A DNA stretch of 64,000 nt, from NCBI GenBank assembly GCA_949293285.1, contig CASFCU010000017.1:2432-66431 (forward strand), read 5' to 3'. The notes under the pieces are model-generated. The model saw only the letters and a program-made list of their open reading frames with translations. It searched no databases and was not told the origin of the DNA. This document shows positions 18,857 through 30,484 of this stretch, piece after piece; within the stretch, counting starts at the first letter, position 1; every line of letters begins with the position of its first letter. The DNA comes from an uncultured bacterium (GTDB taxonomy: Bacteria > Bacillota_I > Bacilli_A > RF39 > UBA660). The position numbers and the translations under genes are program-made.

Positions 18857-19447
18857 TTATTTTACAGCAACTACTTTAGTCTTAAATATTAAATCATGAA
18901 GTCCTCTAGTATCTTTTCTGAACATGATCATTAATGCTGAAATAAATACCAAAATACTTTGAATAGTCTCGACAACCAAAACGGTATAACTATACATATC
19001 AGCCTGAATCAATTGAAGGATAATCAAAGAAATTATACTAGCAATAACACCATAAATAAAAAGAGCTCTAAATATAAATGTACCATGACTAGGATTCTTT
19101 TCATCCAAACTTTCAACTTTTATATGCATTAATTTTTTACCTATCGTTTGACCATTCTTATAATAAGCATAAGTAGCAAAATAAGCTACCGTAATTAATA
19201 AATTAATTACTGTAACAATCATATTTTCTTTAGACATTGTATAATTAGCCTTACCATATTCCACTAAATACTCATGACTATCAATTTCTCCATTAAGATA
19301 AGCATTAGAAACTTCATTACTTTTCTTTAATGCCTCATCATAAGAATTACTAACAGGTATAAAGAAAGTAATACAACTAACAACAACAATTACTATAAAA
19401 AAATCAATCAAATAAGATATTAATCTTTGCAAAAAATATGCTTTCAT
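18857..19447 (-). CDS. RDD family membrane protein
   Basis: N-terminal RLISYLIDFFIVIVV (the R..ID motif of the RDD domain); 196 aa; 3-4 TM helices; overlaps the dusB stop. Confidence 0.55.
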   Translation of the reverse strand: MKAYFLQRLISYLIDFFIVIVVVSCITFFIPVSNSYDEALKKSNEVSNAYLNGEIDSHEYLVEYGKANYTMSKENMIVTVINLLITVAYFATYAYYKNGQTIGKKLMHIKVESLDEKNPSHGTFIFRALFIYGVIASIISLIILQLIQADMYSYTVLVVETIQSILVFISALMIMFRKDTRGLHDLIFKTKVVAVK

Positions 19448-20433
19448 GAATCATTCTCCTTCATATATTCTCCATAATCTTCTAATATTCTAATTATATC
19501 ATTTATATTCTTAGTAAGAAATATTTTATTCTTAATTTCATTAGAACTTTTCATTCCTCGTAAATACCAAGCAATATGACTTCTAATCTCTAAAACAGCG
19601 GTTTTCTCATCTTTAAACTCTCTTAAGTACTGAAGATGTTTAAGACACATATCGACTTTTTCTATATTTTTAGGTTTTTCTATAACAATTCCATTTTCAA
19701 GATATTCATAAATTTCTTTAATCAACCAAGGATTTCCCAATACGCCTCTACCAATCATAACCGCATCACAAGAAGTCTCTTCTATCATTCTTTTGGCATC
19801 ATATATACTAAGAATATCACCATTTCCAATAACAGGAATACGAACACTTTTTTTAATCTCTCTTATAATATTCCAATCAGCCTTACCAGTATAACCCTGA
19901 CTCCTAGTACGAGGATGAACACAGATAGCACTAGCCCCAGATTTTTCACAAAGTTTTGCAACAGAAACAGCATTAATACTATTCTGATCCCAACCACTCC
20001 TAATTTTAACCGTAACAGGAACAGAAACCGCATCCACGACCGCTTCAACAATTTCTTTTATCTTTTCAGGATCCCTAAGAAGGGCCGATCCTGATTTTGC
20101 TCTTACTGCTACTTTTGGAACAGGACATCCCATATTGATATCTATGAATGCAATTCGATATAATTCCGTTAACATTTTTGCAGCCTTAGCCATCACCTTA
20201 GGTTCACAACCAAATATCTGAACAGCAACAGGAATATCAAGAGAATCAATACCATTTAACATTTCTAACGTCTTTTTATTATGTCTAACAACTGCTTCAG
20301 CACTAATAAGTTCAGTTACTGCATATCCAACTTTCATTTCTTGACAAATTTTCATATAAGATGGATTAGATATTCCCGCCATAGGAGCTAAAACAACTCT
20401 ATTCTCAATTTCAACATTACCTATTTCCCACAT
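19444..20433 (-). CDS. dusB: tRNA-dihydrouridine synthase B
   Basis: VVLAPMAGISNPSYMKICQE FMN-binding TIM-barrel motif; conserved Cys in GCPVPKV; 329 aa. Confidence 0.9.
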   Translation of the reverse strand: MWEIGNVEIENRVVLAPMAGISNPSYMKICQEMKVGYAVTELISAEAVVRHNKKTLEMLNGIDSLDIPVAVQIFGCEPKVMAKAAKMLTELYRIAFIDINMGCPVPKVAVRAKSGSALLRDPEKIKEIVEAVVDAVSVPVTVKIRSGWDQNSINAVSVAKLCEKSGASAICVHPRTRSQGYTGKADWNIIREIKKSVRIPVIGNGDILSIYDAKRMIEETSCDAVMIGRGVLGNPWLIKEIYEYLENGIVIEKPKNIEKVDMCLKHLQYLREFKDEKTAVLEIRSHIAWYLRGMKSSNEIKNKIFLTKNINDIIRILEDYGEYMKENDS

Positions 20434-20452
20434 AAATCACCAATAAAACATC

Positions 20453-20638
20453 CTATTTATCTAATTTATATATCTTGGTAACACCATATTTTAACGTATT
20501 ATCTGGAACAAAATCATCACCATCAATATATTTAATATCCTCATGAGTAGTACAACTACTTAATAAAACAATAGAAGAAGTAAGTAAAAAAAGTACTACC
20601 CCCTTCTTTAATTTAATATTTTTAACCCCACTCATCAT
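20453..20638 (-). CDS. Small putative lipoprotein (lipobox LLSSC)
   Basis: MMSGVKNIKLKKGVVLFLLTSSIVLLSSCTTHED...; AGGAAGG RBS 5 nt upstream of ATG 20638. The longer ORF-track version lacks an RBS. Confidence 0.45.
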   Translation of the reverse strand: MMSGVKNIKLKKGVVLFLLTSSIVLLSSCTTHEDIKYIDGDDFVPDNTLKYGVTKIYKLDK

Positions 20639-20827
20639 AAACACCTTCCTAACACCATAATTATAACATACTTGAAAAGAGAAAAAGAAGAAAGCTAAAG
20701 TATTTCCCATAATATCACACATTTCTTTCATATTGGATACTTTATGGTAAAACATCTCAATCATAGCAAGATAATAAATTTTATTTCTACAAAGTAAAAA
20801 GCCCGATAAATGGGCTTCTTAAAAAAC

Positions 20828-22792
20828 TTATTTCTCTGAAGAATCTTCTTTCAACTTTTCTGAAAGTTCTTCTTTGCTCATCTTAGAATATCTTTTAATA
20901 CCTTTTTCTTTAGCCTTTTCTCTAAGTTCTGCTAAATTATCAGTCAATTCTTCCTCTTCTGGCATTCTACCATTCTTTACAAGATATTCAATTTGTTCTT
21001 TTGTTAGAGTTTCATATTCTAATAGAGTTTCTGCAATAAGCTTAACCAAATCACTATTTTCACTAAGAATCTTCTTTGCATTTTCATAACACTCATTAAT
21101 AATCTTACGCATCTCTAAATCAATCTCATGAGCTACTTCATTAGAAAAATTCCTACTTTTATTATAATCTCTTCCTAAAAATACTCCACCTTCTTGTTGC
21201 TCTAATTGAACAGGACCTAAATCACTCATTCCATATTCCGTAACCATAGCTCTTGCAATCTTAGTAGCCTTTTCAAAATCATTGTGTGCTCCAGTCGTAA
21301 TCTCATTAAAATTCAATTCTTCAGAAACACGTCCACCTAACAATCCTGTAATCTGCTCAATTAACTCTTTTCTTGTAGAAGTATATCTTTCTTCCTTAGG
21401 AATCATCATTGCATATCCACCAGCATAACTTCTAGGAATAATAGTAACCTTTTGAACATCATTGGCATCATTTAGTTTAATTCCTAAAACAACATGACCT
21501 GCCTCATGAAAAGCCACCATCCTTCTTTCAGATTCTGTATATTTTTTACTCTTTTTAGCAGGACCCATAAGCACCCTATCAGTAGCTTCATCTACTTCTT
21601 TCATAGTAATTTGTTCTTTATTAGATCTTACAGCAAGTAAAGCCGCTTCATTAAGTAAATTTTCAAGATCGGCACCACTAAATCCCGGAGTTCTTTTAGC
21701 AATATTCTTTAAAGATACACTTGGTGATAAAATTTTATTTCTAGCATGAACCTCTAATATTTCCTCTCTTCCTTTTACATCAGGCAAATTAACTGTAACT
21801 TGTCTATCGAATCTTCCTGGTCTAAGAAGAGCAGGATCCAAAACATCTGCACGGTTAGTAGCAGCAATAATAATAATTCCTTCATTTGCACCAAAACCAT
21901 CCATTTCTGTCAACAATTGATTAAGTGTTTGCTCTCTTTCATCATGTCCACCACCAAGCCCTGTTCCACGTTGACGACCAACAGCATCAATTTCATCAAT
22001 AAAAATCAAACATGGAGCATTATGTTTTGCTTGTTTAAACATGTCTCTAACACGACTAGCACCTACTCCGACAAAAAGTTCCACAAAATCAGAACCACTT
22101 ATATAATAAAATGGTACATTAGCTTCCCCAGCTACAGCTTTAGCAAGTAAAGTCTTACCTGTTCCAGGTGGCCCAACTAATAAAACACCTTTAGGTATTC
22201 TTGCTCCCAATTTTTGAAATCTCTTAGGATTCTTCAAGAAATCTATTAATTCTTTCACTTCTTCTTTTTCTTCTTTAAGACCAGCTACATCTTTAAATGT
22301 AACTTTATTTTTTTCTGTATTAAGTCTAGCTTTACTTTTTCCAAAATCCATAGATTTTCCAGCACTACTCATTTGCTTAGAGAAAAACCAAAAACCAAGT
22401 CCAACCAACAAAACAATTGGTAAAATATTAACCAAAATAAACAAAAGTGGACTAGAACCCGGATCTGATTCAGTATTTATCTTATAATTTAAATCACTAT
22501 CAATAGACACTATCTGTGAAATAATAGAATCAGTTAAAGGTGCTCTCACATAAAAAGTCTCATTTTCTTCATAATCTTTTAATCTACCTTTTATATTATA
22601 AGTCCCTTCACTAGAATGAGGCGTTATCACTACTTCCTCAACATTTCCTTCTTGGATTTCTAATAAAAATTTATCATAAGTTAAATTATTAACTTTTGCT
22701 CCTCCAATAGATAATACATAATACATACTAAGTGCTATCACAATTAATAATAAATATGGTAGCATCCCTCTTTTTACATTTTTTCTATTCAT
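20828..22792 (-). CDS. ftsH: ATP-dependent zinc metalloprotease FtsH
   Basis: Walker [12 protein letters not shown] region, and the HEAGH zinc-binding motif (HEAGHVVLG); two N-terminal TM helices; 654 aa. Confidence 0.95.
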   Translation of the reverse strand: MNRKNVKRGMLPYLLLIVIALSMYYVLSIGGAKVNNLTYDKFLLEIQEGNVEEVVITPHSSEGTYNIKGRLKDYEENETFYVRAPLTDSIISQIVSIDSDLNYKINTESDPGSSPLLFILVNILPIVLLVGLGFWFFSKQMSSAGKSMDFGKSKARLNTEKNKVTFKDVAGLKEEKEEVKELIDFLKNPKRFQKLGARIPKGVLLVGPPGTGKTLLAKAVAGEANVPFYYISGSDFVELFVGVGASRVRDMFKQAKHNAPCLIFIDEIDAVGRQRGTGLGGGHDEREQTLNQLLTEMDGFGANEGIIIIAATNRADVLDPALLRPGRFDRQVTVNLPDVKGREEILEVHARNKILSPSVSLKNIAKRTPGFSGADLENLLNEAALLAVRSNKEQITMKEVDEATDRVLMGPAKKSKKYTESERRMVAFHEAGHVVLGIKLNDANDVQKVTIIPRSYAGGYAMMIPKEERYTSTRKELIEQITGLLGGRVSEELNFNEITTGAHNDFEKATKIARAMVTEYGMSDLGPVQLEQQEGGVFLGRDYNKSRNFSNEVAHEIDLEMRKIINECYENAKKILSENSDLVKLIAETLLEYETLTKEQIEYLVKNGRMPEEEELTDNLAELREKAKEKGIKRYSKMSKEELSEKLKEDSSEK

Positions 22793-22805
22793 ATTACTCC
22801 TCCAT

Positions 22806-24131
22806 TTAACTATATTTAATTATTATATCATACTTTTCATTTTTTAGCTTTGTAAATTTAGATTTTTTTAGGCCTGGTATCCATATTATTCTATCCTTAG
22901 AATCAACTACTATTGGCCATTTATCTCTTTCCTTAACAGGTACTTTAGAATCAATAAAAATATCCTTAACTTTTTTGTACCCATTTATCTTTTTTAAAAA
23001 CATTTTATCACCAAATTTTCTCGTCCTAACATACAACGGAAAAGAAACTTCATTAGTATCAATTCTACAAATATTATTATCATTGCCGTCTATATCATCA
23101 ACAACTTCCAATTTATGACCATTAGGCAAAGTAGCAAACTGAATCAACTCAATTTCATAATTTACCACTTCTTTTATCTCTTTAGAAAAATCAAGTTCAT
23201 CATAAGATTTACATACTTCTATATTATGTGGAAGACACACTCTAGCATTTGCTCTTTTAGACTTTAATAAATCCATTATTAACTTAACATGTTTATCGTT
23301 AATAATCATTAAATCATCTTTATAAATCTCTTCTAAAATAAAATAAATAATCTTTTTTTGTATCAACGGACTCAACTCTTTATAAAGACCAATTTTTATC
23401 TTATTATTTTTATAAACTTTTTCTATAGACCTTCTAATCTCATAATTTATAAATTCATCATACGCATCGAGCATTTCACTAAACTTAATAAATTTCTCAT
23501 GAACCCTTGCATCCTCTTCTTTAAGAAATGGAAGAATATTCATTCTATATCTGTTTCTAGTATACTTATCCTTAAAATTAGATTTATCTACAACATACGG
23601 TATCTTATTTTTTGAATTATACTCCAAAATTTCTTCTTTGGTAACAAATATCAAAGGCCTCACTGTTTTAAAACTACCATTATCTAAAATTTTATTAAAA
23701 CCACTGTATCCTTTTAAAGTAGATCCACGAACAATACGCATCAAAATGGTCTCAATCAAATCATCTCCATGATGAGCAGTCATTAAATAATTAGCATCAT
23801 ATTTCTTAACCAAATCATTAAAAAAACGATATCTTATTTTTCTTGCTTGATTATGAAAATTATCATCCCCATATCTTTCAATAGTCATAGATTCAAAAAT
23901 AATATGTCTTTGTTCACAATACTCCATAAGAAACTGTTTCTCTTCAATACTTTCACGTCTAACATTATGATTAACATGAGCACATACAATATTGAAATTC
24001 AACTTCTCTTTAAGTTTAAGTAATATGCTAAATAAACACATAGAATCTGGTCCACCAGAATTTCCTAAAACTATAGTATCATTATTTTTAATTTTAACTT
24101 CATTTATTAAAAAATCAATTACACTTTTCAA
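22806..24131 (-). CDS. tilS: tRNA(Ile)-lysidine synthetase
   Basis: PP-loop SGGPDSMCL; 441 aa with a C-terminal domain; adjacent to ftsH as in many Firmicutes (hprT is absent between them). Confidence 0.9.
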   Translation of the reverse strand: MKSVIDFLINEVKIKNNDTIVLGNSGGPDSMCLFSILLKLKEKLNFNIVCAHVNHNVRRESIEEKQFLMEYCEQRHIIFESMTIERYGDDNFHNQARKIRYRFFNDLVKKYDANYLMTAHHGDDLIETILMRIVRGSTLKGYSGFNKILDNGSFKTVRPLIFVTKEEILEYNSKNKIPYVVDKSNFKDKYTRNRYRMNILPFLKEEDARVHEKFIKFSEMLDAYDEFINYEIRRSIEKVYKNNKIKIGLYKELSPLIQKKIIYFILEEIYKDDLMIINDKHVKLIMDLLKSKRANARVCLPHNIEVCKSYDELDFSKEIKEVVNYEIELIQFATLPNGHKLEVVDDIDGNDNNICRIDTNEVSFPLYVRTRKFGDKMFLKKINGYKKVKDIFIDSKVPVKERDKWPIVVDSKDRIIWIPGLKKSKFTKLKNEKYDIIIKYS

Positions 24132-24209
24132 AAACAGTCACCATATATATTCTATAAAAAAGTAAAGATATTAGCAAGAAAAAGAAGAGGTTATTTCTTC
24201 TTTTTTTAA

Positions 24210-24524
24210 TTATTCATCTTTTGGTATCTTAATGATATACTCACCCTCTTTTGAATATAAAAATTTTTCCCTTAAATATCTTGCAACATACTCCGGATCT
24301 TTAAGCTTTTCTACATCTAATGATAATTCTTGTTCTTTTTCTTTCAAAGAAGTAAGTTCCTGACTAAGTATCGTTTTCTCCTTATATTTATTCACAATAT
24401 CTAATGATACATTAACTATAAATTCGAAAAAATAAACGATAAAAGCACAACTAGCAACACCAAAAAACAAAACCCTTAAAGCCTTCTTTTTTGGTTTAGC
24501 CTTAGTCATTACCTTCTTTGCCAT
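24210..24524 (-). CDS. divIC: Septum formation initiator family protein (DivIC/FtsB-like)
   Basis: A single TM followed by a coiled coil; C-terminal EYVARYLREKFLYSKEGEYIIKIP, typical of FtsB/DivIC; start MAKKVMTK with an AGGTGA RBS. Confidence 0.7.
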   Translation of the reverse strand: MAKKVMTKAKPKKKALRVLFFGVASCAFIVYFFEFIVNVSLDIVNKYKEKTILSQELTSLKEKEQELSLDVEKLKDPEYVARYLREKFLYSKEGEYIIKIPKDE

Positions 24525-24748
24525 AAGAATTATCACCTACTTCCTCGATTATATTTTAACACTCAAAGTCGAACTTTCAAATAATATCGAACAACAAAAT
24601 AAAACTATTTACGACAATTTTACACAGAAAAAGATAAAATATGAATCAAAAAAACATTATTTGTAACATATAAAACAAAAAAACATCACTCAAAAGTTTT
24701 TCTATCTTACAATCTTTATTTGCAAAAAAAAGATACATTTCTGTACCT

Positions 24749-24970
24749 CTATTTTGCATATGGTAATAAACCAATGATTCTTGCTCTTTTAACCTGTTCT
24801 GCTATATGTCTTTGATGTTTAGCACAATTACCTGTAACACGTCTAGGTAAAATCTTACCTCTTTCATTTACGTATTTTTTTAAAGTTTCAACATCTTTAT
24901 AATCAACGGTCTTATCCTTTGATGTACACATATAACATACTTTTTTCTTTTTTCTAAAAAATTCTGCCAT
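24749..24970 (-). CDS. rpsR: 30S ribosomal protein S18
   Basis: [50 protein letters not shown]. Confidence 0.95.
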   Translation of the reverse strand: MAEFFRKKKKVCYMCTSKDKTVDYKDVETLKKYVNERGKILPRRVTGNCAKHQRHIAEQVKRARIIGLLPYAK

Positions 24971-24987
24971 TAAAATCTTCTCCCTTC

Positions 24988-25476
24988 TTAATAGAACGGT
25001 AACTCATCTGGATCTATTTCGATATTAGTACCAGCATCCCACACAGTAGCACCTTGTTCACTTTGTGGAGCATCATTAGAAAAATCATTTGGAGTAACAT
25101 GATCATAACTATTATTATCAAAATTATTATTAGAAATATCATCACTTTTTCTATCAAGGAATTGAATAGAATCTGCAATTACATAAGTAGACCACACTGT
25201 ATTTCCGTCTTTTCCAGTATAATTATCAACTTGTATTCTACCATCAACTGCAATTTGATTACCTTTCTTTTGAAATTTAGCTATATTCTCAGCTTGTTTT
25301 CTCCAAGCAACAATACTAATAAAATCAGCAGTATTTCTTCCATCTTGATTACTAGAAGAAAAACTTCTATCTACAGCAATAGTAAATCTAGAACGAGCCA
25401 CACTTCCATTACTTGTATTAACATACTCACAAGTTGGATCTTTTACAAGTCTTCCAACTAAACATACTTTATTCAT
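24988..25476 (-). CDS. ssb: Single-stranded DNA-binding protein
   Basis: OB-fold N-terminus [14 protein letters not shown]...; an acidic C-terminal tail ending DPDELPFY; lies between rpsF and rpsR. Confidence 0.9.
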   Translation of the reverse strand: MNKVCLVGRLVKDPTCEYVNTSNGSVARSRFTIAVDRSFSSSNQDGRNTADFISIVAWRKQAENIAKFQKKGNQIAVDGRIQVDNYTGKDGNTVWSTYVIADSIQFLDRKSDDISNNNFDNNSYDHVTPNDFSNDAPQSEQGATVWDAGTNIEIDPDELPFY

Positions 25477-25491
25477 GAATTACCTCTTTTC

Positions 25492-25782
25492 TTATCCTTC
25501 CACTTTTACAACTAAGTGACGAATAATGTTTTCATTAATTAAAGCAACACGATCAAATTCTTTAACAGCATTTGCATCTTTAGCCTCAATCAAAAAATAG
25601 AAATAATAACCTGTCTTATACTTTTTAATTTCATATGCTAACTCTCTTTGTCCCATTTCTTTAGCTTCTGTTACAGTAGCTTTTTGCTCCTCTAACATAG
25701 ACTTCATAGAATCAAATACAGTTTTAATAGCTCCCTCTTCTAAATCAGGCTTTACAATAAACATAATTTCATACTTTCTCAT
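25492..25782 (-). CDS. rpsF: 30S ribosomal protein S6
   Basis: MRKYEIMFIVKPDLEEG; start ATG 25782 with a GGGAGGTG RBS. The ORF-track upstream extension is rejected. Confidence 0.9.
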   Translation of the reverse strand: MRKYEIMFIVKPDLEEGAIKTVFDSMKSMLEEQKATVTEAKEMGQRELAYEIKKYKTGYYFYFLIEAKDANAVKEFDRVALINENIIRHLVVKVEG

Positions 25783-25931
25783 TATTACACCTCCCTTTGG
25801 ACATATGGCCAAAATACTTTGGCAAGGAGTATCAAAATACTCGTAAGTAGTATATCAATTACAATCAATTTTGTCTACTATTTTTTTATAATTTAACAAA
25901 CATTTATCAAAACAAAAAAAGGAAATTTCCA

Positions 25932-26666
25932 TCATTTCCTTACGTAAATTTTCACATCAGAATCAACCCGAGAAGCAGCTTCAATAAAAGAAGAAAATAA
26001 TCTCTTAGAAGCATCATCAAAATCATACATTCTTTCTGGATGCCATTGAACACCAAAATTAAAATCATTAAATGGGTATTCAACAGCTTCCACTAAACCA
26101 TCCTCACTATAACCAACAATTTTATACAGATGACTAGAAGAAACATTCTTCTTATGAAAACTATTCACTTTCAAAGTATCCATTTTAAAAATAGAATAAA
26201 GCTTACTATCTTTATCAATTGTCACAAAATGAACAAGTTCACCGGATTCAACATTATGGTTAATACCATTAGAATCATTCTTATTAATCTCGATATCTCT
26301 TCCATAGTTAGCCATCTCTTGCATACCAAGACAAATTCCCAATATAGGAATATTATTTTTAATTGCATAATCCAAAATAAAGAAGTCATAGTTAGCCATT
26401 TTAAAACCACCAGGCATAACAATACCAGAACACAAATTCAATTGCTGTATCAACATAGATTTATCATAATCAGTTAACTCAGGCATATCTCTAATTTTTG
26501 TCATTCCATAATCAATTCCTTGTGGAGGAAGAATCAAAAAAGGATTGCCACCAGCTGCAAGAATAACACTTCTATATTCATCATTTACTACAAGTCTATG
26601 TGTATCACCAGGATACTCTATCCTACAAACAATTCCAATCAAAGGTTTCACTATTAACACCCCCAT
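25932..26666 (-). CDS. Gamma-glutamyl-gamma-aminobutyrate hydrolase family / class I glutamine amidotransferase-like protein (peptidase C26)
   Basis: GICLGMQ nucleophile-elbow Cys and a His/Glu triad context (HPE); 244 aa. Confidence 0.7.
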   Translation of the reverse strand: MGVLIVKPLIGIVCRIEYPGDTHRLVVNDEYRSVILAAGGNPFLILPPQGIDYGMTKIRDMPELTDYDKSMLIQQLNLCSGIVMPGGFKMANYDFFILDYAIKNNIPILGICLGMQEMANYGRDIEINKNDSNGINHNVESGELVHFVTIDKDSKLYSIFKMDTLKVNSFHKKNVSSSHLYKIVGYSEDGLVEAVEYPFNDFNFGVQWHPERMYDFDDASKRLFSSFIEAASRVDSDVKIYVRK

Positions 26667-26688
26667 GTAAGAAAATTATCTAATATGG

Positions 26689-27786
26689 CTACACATTAAA
26701 CCTGAAATAACATATATCCCCATCCTGCATCAAATAATCTTTACCCTCTAACCTAACTTTACCTGCTTCTTTCACTTTAAGTTCACTTCCATAAGTAACT
26801 AAATCTTCATAAGACATCACTTCAGCCTTTATAAAACCTTTTTCAAAATCAGTATGAATAATCCCAGCACATTCTTTAGCATTCATTCCCTTTTTATAAG
26901 TCCAAGCTCTAACTTCATCAGATCCAGCAGTAAAATAAGTTTCTAATCCAAGCAAATCATAGGTAGCCTTAATCAATAAATCCAAACCGCTTTCTTGAAT
27001 TCCTATAGTATCTAACATTTCTTTTTTCTCTTCCACTGACAAATCACTTAAATCAGACTCTAACTTTGCACAAACTTTAACTATCTTTGCCTCTTCACAT
27101 GCTGCATATTCTATTACTTTTTGCACATAATCATTATCAAAGTTCAATTCACTCTCTAAAACATTAGCTAAATAAATAATAGGCTTAGAAGTCAATAAAT
27201 TAAAACTTTTTAAATACAACTTTTCATCTTTAGAAAAATCGACTCTTCTAAGAGCAACACCTTTTTCTAAAGATGCTTTTGCTTTTTTTAAAATTTCATA
27301 CTCAAAAAGAGCCTCTTTATCTCTATTCGTCTCTGCTTTCTTTTTTATTTTATCTATTCTGCTATTAATAATCTCTAAATCAGCAAGAGATAACTCTAAA
27401 TTAATTATTTCAATATCTCTAATAGGATCTACACCAGTTTCTACATGAATAATATGACTATCATCAAAACAACGCACAACTTCGACAATAGCATCAACCT
27501 CTCTTATATGAGACAAAAACTTATTTCCAAGTCCTTCACCATCAGAAGCTCCCTTAACAAGACCAGCAATATCGGTAAACTCATAAGCTGTAGGAATCAC
27601 TCTTTCAGGTTTATATATTTCTGCTAAATGCTCTAATCGTTGATCAGGAACAACAACAACTCCAACATTCGGCTCTATAGTAGCAAATGGATAATTTGCT
27701 GCCAAAATATTTTTCTTTGTTATTGCATTAAATAAAGTAGATTTACCAACATTAGGCAATCCTACAATTCCCGCCTTAAGACTCAC
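26689..27786 (-). CDS. ychF: Redox-regulated (ribosome-binding) ATPase YchF
   Basis: GIVGLPNVGKSTLFNAIT G1 motif plus a TGS-like C-terminal domain; 365 aa. Confidence 0.95.
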   Translation of the reverse strand: MSLKAGIVGLPNVGKSTLFNAITKKNILAANYPFATIEPNVGVVVVPDQRLEHLAEIYKPERVIPTAYEFTDIAGLVKGASDGEGLGNKFLSHIREVDAIVEVVRCFDDSHIIHVETGVDPIRDIEIINLELSLADLEIINSRIDKIKKKAETNRDKEALFEYEILKKAKASLEKGVALRRVDFSKDEKLYLKSFNLLTSKPIIYLANVLESELNFDNDYVQKVIEYAACEEAKIVKVCAKLESDLSDLSVEEKKEMLDTIGIQESGLDLLIKATYDLLGLETYFTAGSDEVRAWTYKKGMNAKECAGIIHTDFEKGFIKAEVMSYEDLVTYGSELKVKEAGKVRLEGKDYLMQDGDICYFRFNV

Positions 27787-27798
27787 AAAAATCCCCCC

Positions 27799-29403
27799 TT
27801 ACAAACTTGGATAGACTGAAGGTCCTACCGGAAGACCAACAATATACATAAATACAACAATTAAAATCCAAGTAATACTTATTATTAAACAATAAGGTGA
27901 AACAAAAGACAAGGCCTTTTTAATGGTAATCGGTTGATTATCCTTATTATATATATTTAAATACCCTAAATAAATAACAAAATACGCAAGAAGTGGTGTA
28001 AATCCTTTAGCCATAGAATCTCCTGCTCTAAATATAAATTGGGCAAATTGTGGTGATAAATTTGCCTGCATCATAAGTGGAACCACTACAGGAGCTAAAA
28101 TAGTCCATTTAGCAGACTGAGTAGTAATAAAGAAACTACAAAGAGCAATTAATATAATTATAGTTACCACAAGAGGAAGTCCAGTAAAAGATATATTTTT
28201 AATCAAATTGGCAATCGATGCAACTACTATAGTACCAATATTTGTTTTCTTAAACACCGCTATAAACTGAGCAGCAAAGAAGATAAGAACTACTAAATAA
28301 CCAACATCTTTTAAATAAGCTGACGATTTTTCTATTAACTCCTTATCATTTTTAATCGACTTAGCACCAATTGCATAAGCAATACCAGTAACTAAAAACA
28401 AAAGAGATATTAAGAAGGTAAAACCATCTTGAAAATAAGAGTTTTCACCAAACAACTGATTAATATAAGCACTTTCACTCATATCAAGAAGAAGTCCAGA
28501 ACCTGGTAAATTAGGTATAATCATATACATAAAAATAACAATCATAACCATAAATGCTATAAATGCATTTTTTAAACCTCGTTTTTCCCTAGTTTCAACC
28601 TCTAATCTTTTCTGTTCCTCCATCTCGACTGTTTCTAACTTAATTTCCCTAGTTTCTGTACTAAAATCTTCATCATTACTCTTATACTTACCAATTTTTT
28701 TAACAACAATCTCTTCTATTACAAAAGTACCAACAATAGACACTACGATTGAAGAAATAATAATAGCAATTAAATTAGACAACATACTAACATGAAAAGT
28801 AGAGTCTATCAAATGTGCAGCTTGTGTAGTAATAGGAACTAAATTAATCTCTGTAGAACCTGCAAAAAAAGTTGCTCCATAACCAAATGCCACACCACAA
28901 AAACTAGCAGTAATTCCTAACAATGGATTTCTACCATTTGCAAGAAATATAAGAGCTGACAAAGGAATTAAGACAACATATCCAACTTCATTGATAATAC
29001 TAGATAAAGTTGCAATAAAAATCAAAATAAAAGTTATCGTTTTATTATTAATTCCAAGCGTTCCTCTTTTTATAAACGTATCGATAAAACCAGTAGCATG
29101 AGCAACAGATAAACCAATAAGAGCTATTAAAAGAGTACTAAGTGGAGTAAAAGAAACGAAATTTCTAGCAGCTTCACTTATAATAAATTTAAATCCCTCA
29201 AAATTAAACAATCCTTCTACAGCAATTAAAGTATTTTCAAGCTCCATTGTAGAAGAATTAATTCTAGAATAAGTCACTTGTAACTCTAATAAAGATAAAA
29301 CAGAACTTATCACCATAACACCCAATGTTAACAATATAAATGTAGTAATTGGATGAAATGTAATTTTCTTTAACCGTGTCTTTTTCTTTTTCATTGCACA
29401 CAC
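27799..29403 (-). CDS. AbgT family (p-aminobenzoyl-glutamate transporter-like) membrane transporter
   Basis: 534 aa polytopic membrane protein; N-terminal and Gly-rich TM blocks resemble the AbgT/MtrF family. Confidence 0.55.
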   Translation of the reverse strand: MCAMKKKKTRLKKITFHPITTFILLTLGVMVISSVLSLLELQVTYSRINSSTMELENTLIAVEGLFNFEGFKFIISEAARNFVSFTPLSTLLIALIGLSVAHATGFIDTFIKRGTLGINNKTITFILIFIATLSSIINEVGYVVLIPLSALIFLANGRNPLLGITASFCGVAFGYGATFFAGSTEINLVPITTQAAHLIDSTFHVSMLSNLIAIIISSIVVSIVGTFVIEEIVVKKIGKYKSNDEDFSTETREIKLETVEMEEQKRLEVETREKRGLKNAFIAFMVMIVIFMYMIIPNLPGSGLLLDMSESAYINQLFGENSYFQDGFTFLISLLFLVTGIAYAIGAKSIKNDKELIEKSSAYLKDVGYLVVLIFFAAQFIAVFKKTNIGTIVVASIANLIKNISFTGLPLVVTIIILIALCSFFITTQSAKWTILAPVVVPLMMQANLSPQFAQFIFRAGDSMAKGFTPLLAYFVIYLGYLNIYNKDNQPITIKKALSFVSPYCLIISITWILIVVFMYIVGLPVGPSVYPSL

Positions 29404-29601
29404 CTACTTAACAATCTTTTTCATTTTTTTATTAAATTCTATTCTAGGCATCATGATTAATCTACCACAATTGATACATTTAATCTTTATATCTGCACCA
29501 ATCCTTACAATTTCCCATTCATTAGAACCGCAAGGATGCCCTTTTTTCATGGTAACAATACTACCTATATCATACTTTTTATCATTCATAATATCACTCA
29601 T
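29404..29601 (-). CDS. DUF951 family protein (B. subtilis YyzM-like), conserved downstream of parB
   Basis: DIGSIVTMKKGHPCGSNEWEIVRIGADIKIKCINCGRLIMMPRIEFNKKMKK matches the DUF951 signature (HPCGS ... C..CG). Confidence 0.8.
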   Translation of the reverse strand: MSDIMNDKKYDIGSIVTMKKGHPCGSNEWEIVRIGADIKIKCINCGRLIMMPRIEFNKKMKKIVK

Positions 29602-30484
29602 TAATATTCAATATCTCCAATATTCTATTCAAATCATTAATATTGCTAAAGGAAATATTTATCTTATTATTATTAATTTTTACTTTTGTCCCTAATTTTT
29701 CACACAAGATATTTTCTATATAAGAATATTCTGTTGTTGCTTTTTTCTTAATCTTATGAATTTTCTCTATAGAATCATCTTTAGAAACATTTTCTAGATC
29801 CCTTACATTTAAATTTTCATCGATAATTTTATTTGCTAATGCAACAATTTCATCCTTATTTTCCATCTTACTAAGTACCCTTGCATGACTCATAGATATT
29901 TTATTGTCAATAATCATATCCTTTACTTCTTCTGGCAAACTTAAAAGTCCTAACATATTGGTAATATGACTTCTGCTTTTTCCAAGTCTTTTTGCAAGTT
30001 CATCTTGAGTAATCTTCATACTATCTATTAAACTTCGATAAGCCATTGCTTCTTCTATAGAATTCAAATTCTCTCTTTGTAAATTTTCAAGAAGAGCAAT
30101 TTCCATCATTTCTTGATCAGAAAAATTTCTCACTATAGCAGGAATCTTACTAAGTCCTGCCATCATAGATGCCTTAACACGACGTTCTCCTGCTATAATT
30201 TCATATCCTTTAACAGAACTTTTCTTTACAATAATAGGCTGAAAAACTCCGTGTTCTTTTATCGAATTTGCAAGTTCTTGTAACTTTTCTTCATCAAAAA
30301 CTTTTCTAGGTTGATATGGATTCGTCCTTAACTGATCCAAATCCAACTCTACTATCTCATCCTTCGGAGTAGAATCAATTATTTTTTCTTCTATACTATC
30401 AAAATCAATTTGTTCATTATTAAACAATTCTTCTAACCCTTTTCCAAGAGCTCTTCTTTTATAATTGTTGTCCATTTCTCTCAA
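29594..30484 (-). CDS. parB: Chromosome partitioning protein ParB/Spo0J
   Basis: ParB box GERRVKAS and an HTH; KGLGRGLEELF-like N-terminus; 296 aa downstream of parA. Confidence 0.9.
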   Translation of the reverse strand: MREMDNNYKRRALGKGLEELFNNEQIDFDSIEEKIIDSTPKDEIVELDLDQLRTNPYQPRKVFDEEKLQELANSIKEHGVFQPIIVKKSSVKGYEIIAGERRVKASMMAGLSKIPAIVRNFSDQEMMEIALLENLQRENLNSIEEAMAYRSLIDSMKITQDELAKRLGKSRSHITNMLGLLSLPEEVKDMIIDNKISMSHARVLSKMENKDEIVALANKIIDENLNVRDLENVSKDDSIEKIHKIKKKATTEYSYIENILCEKLGTKVKINNNKINISFSNINDLNRILEILNINE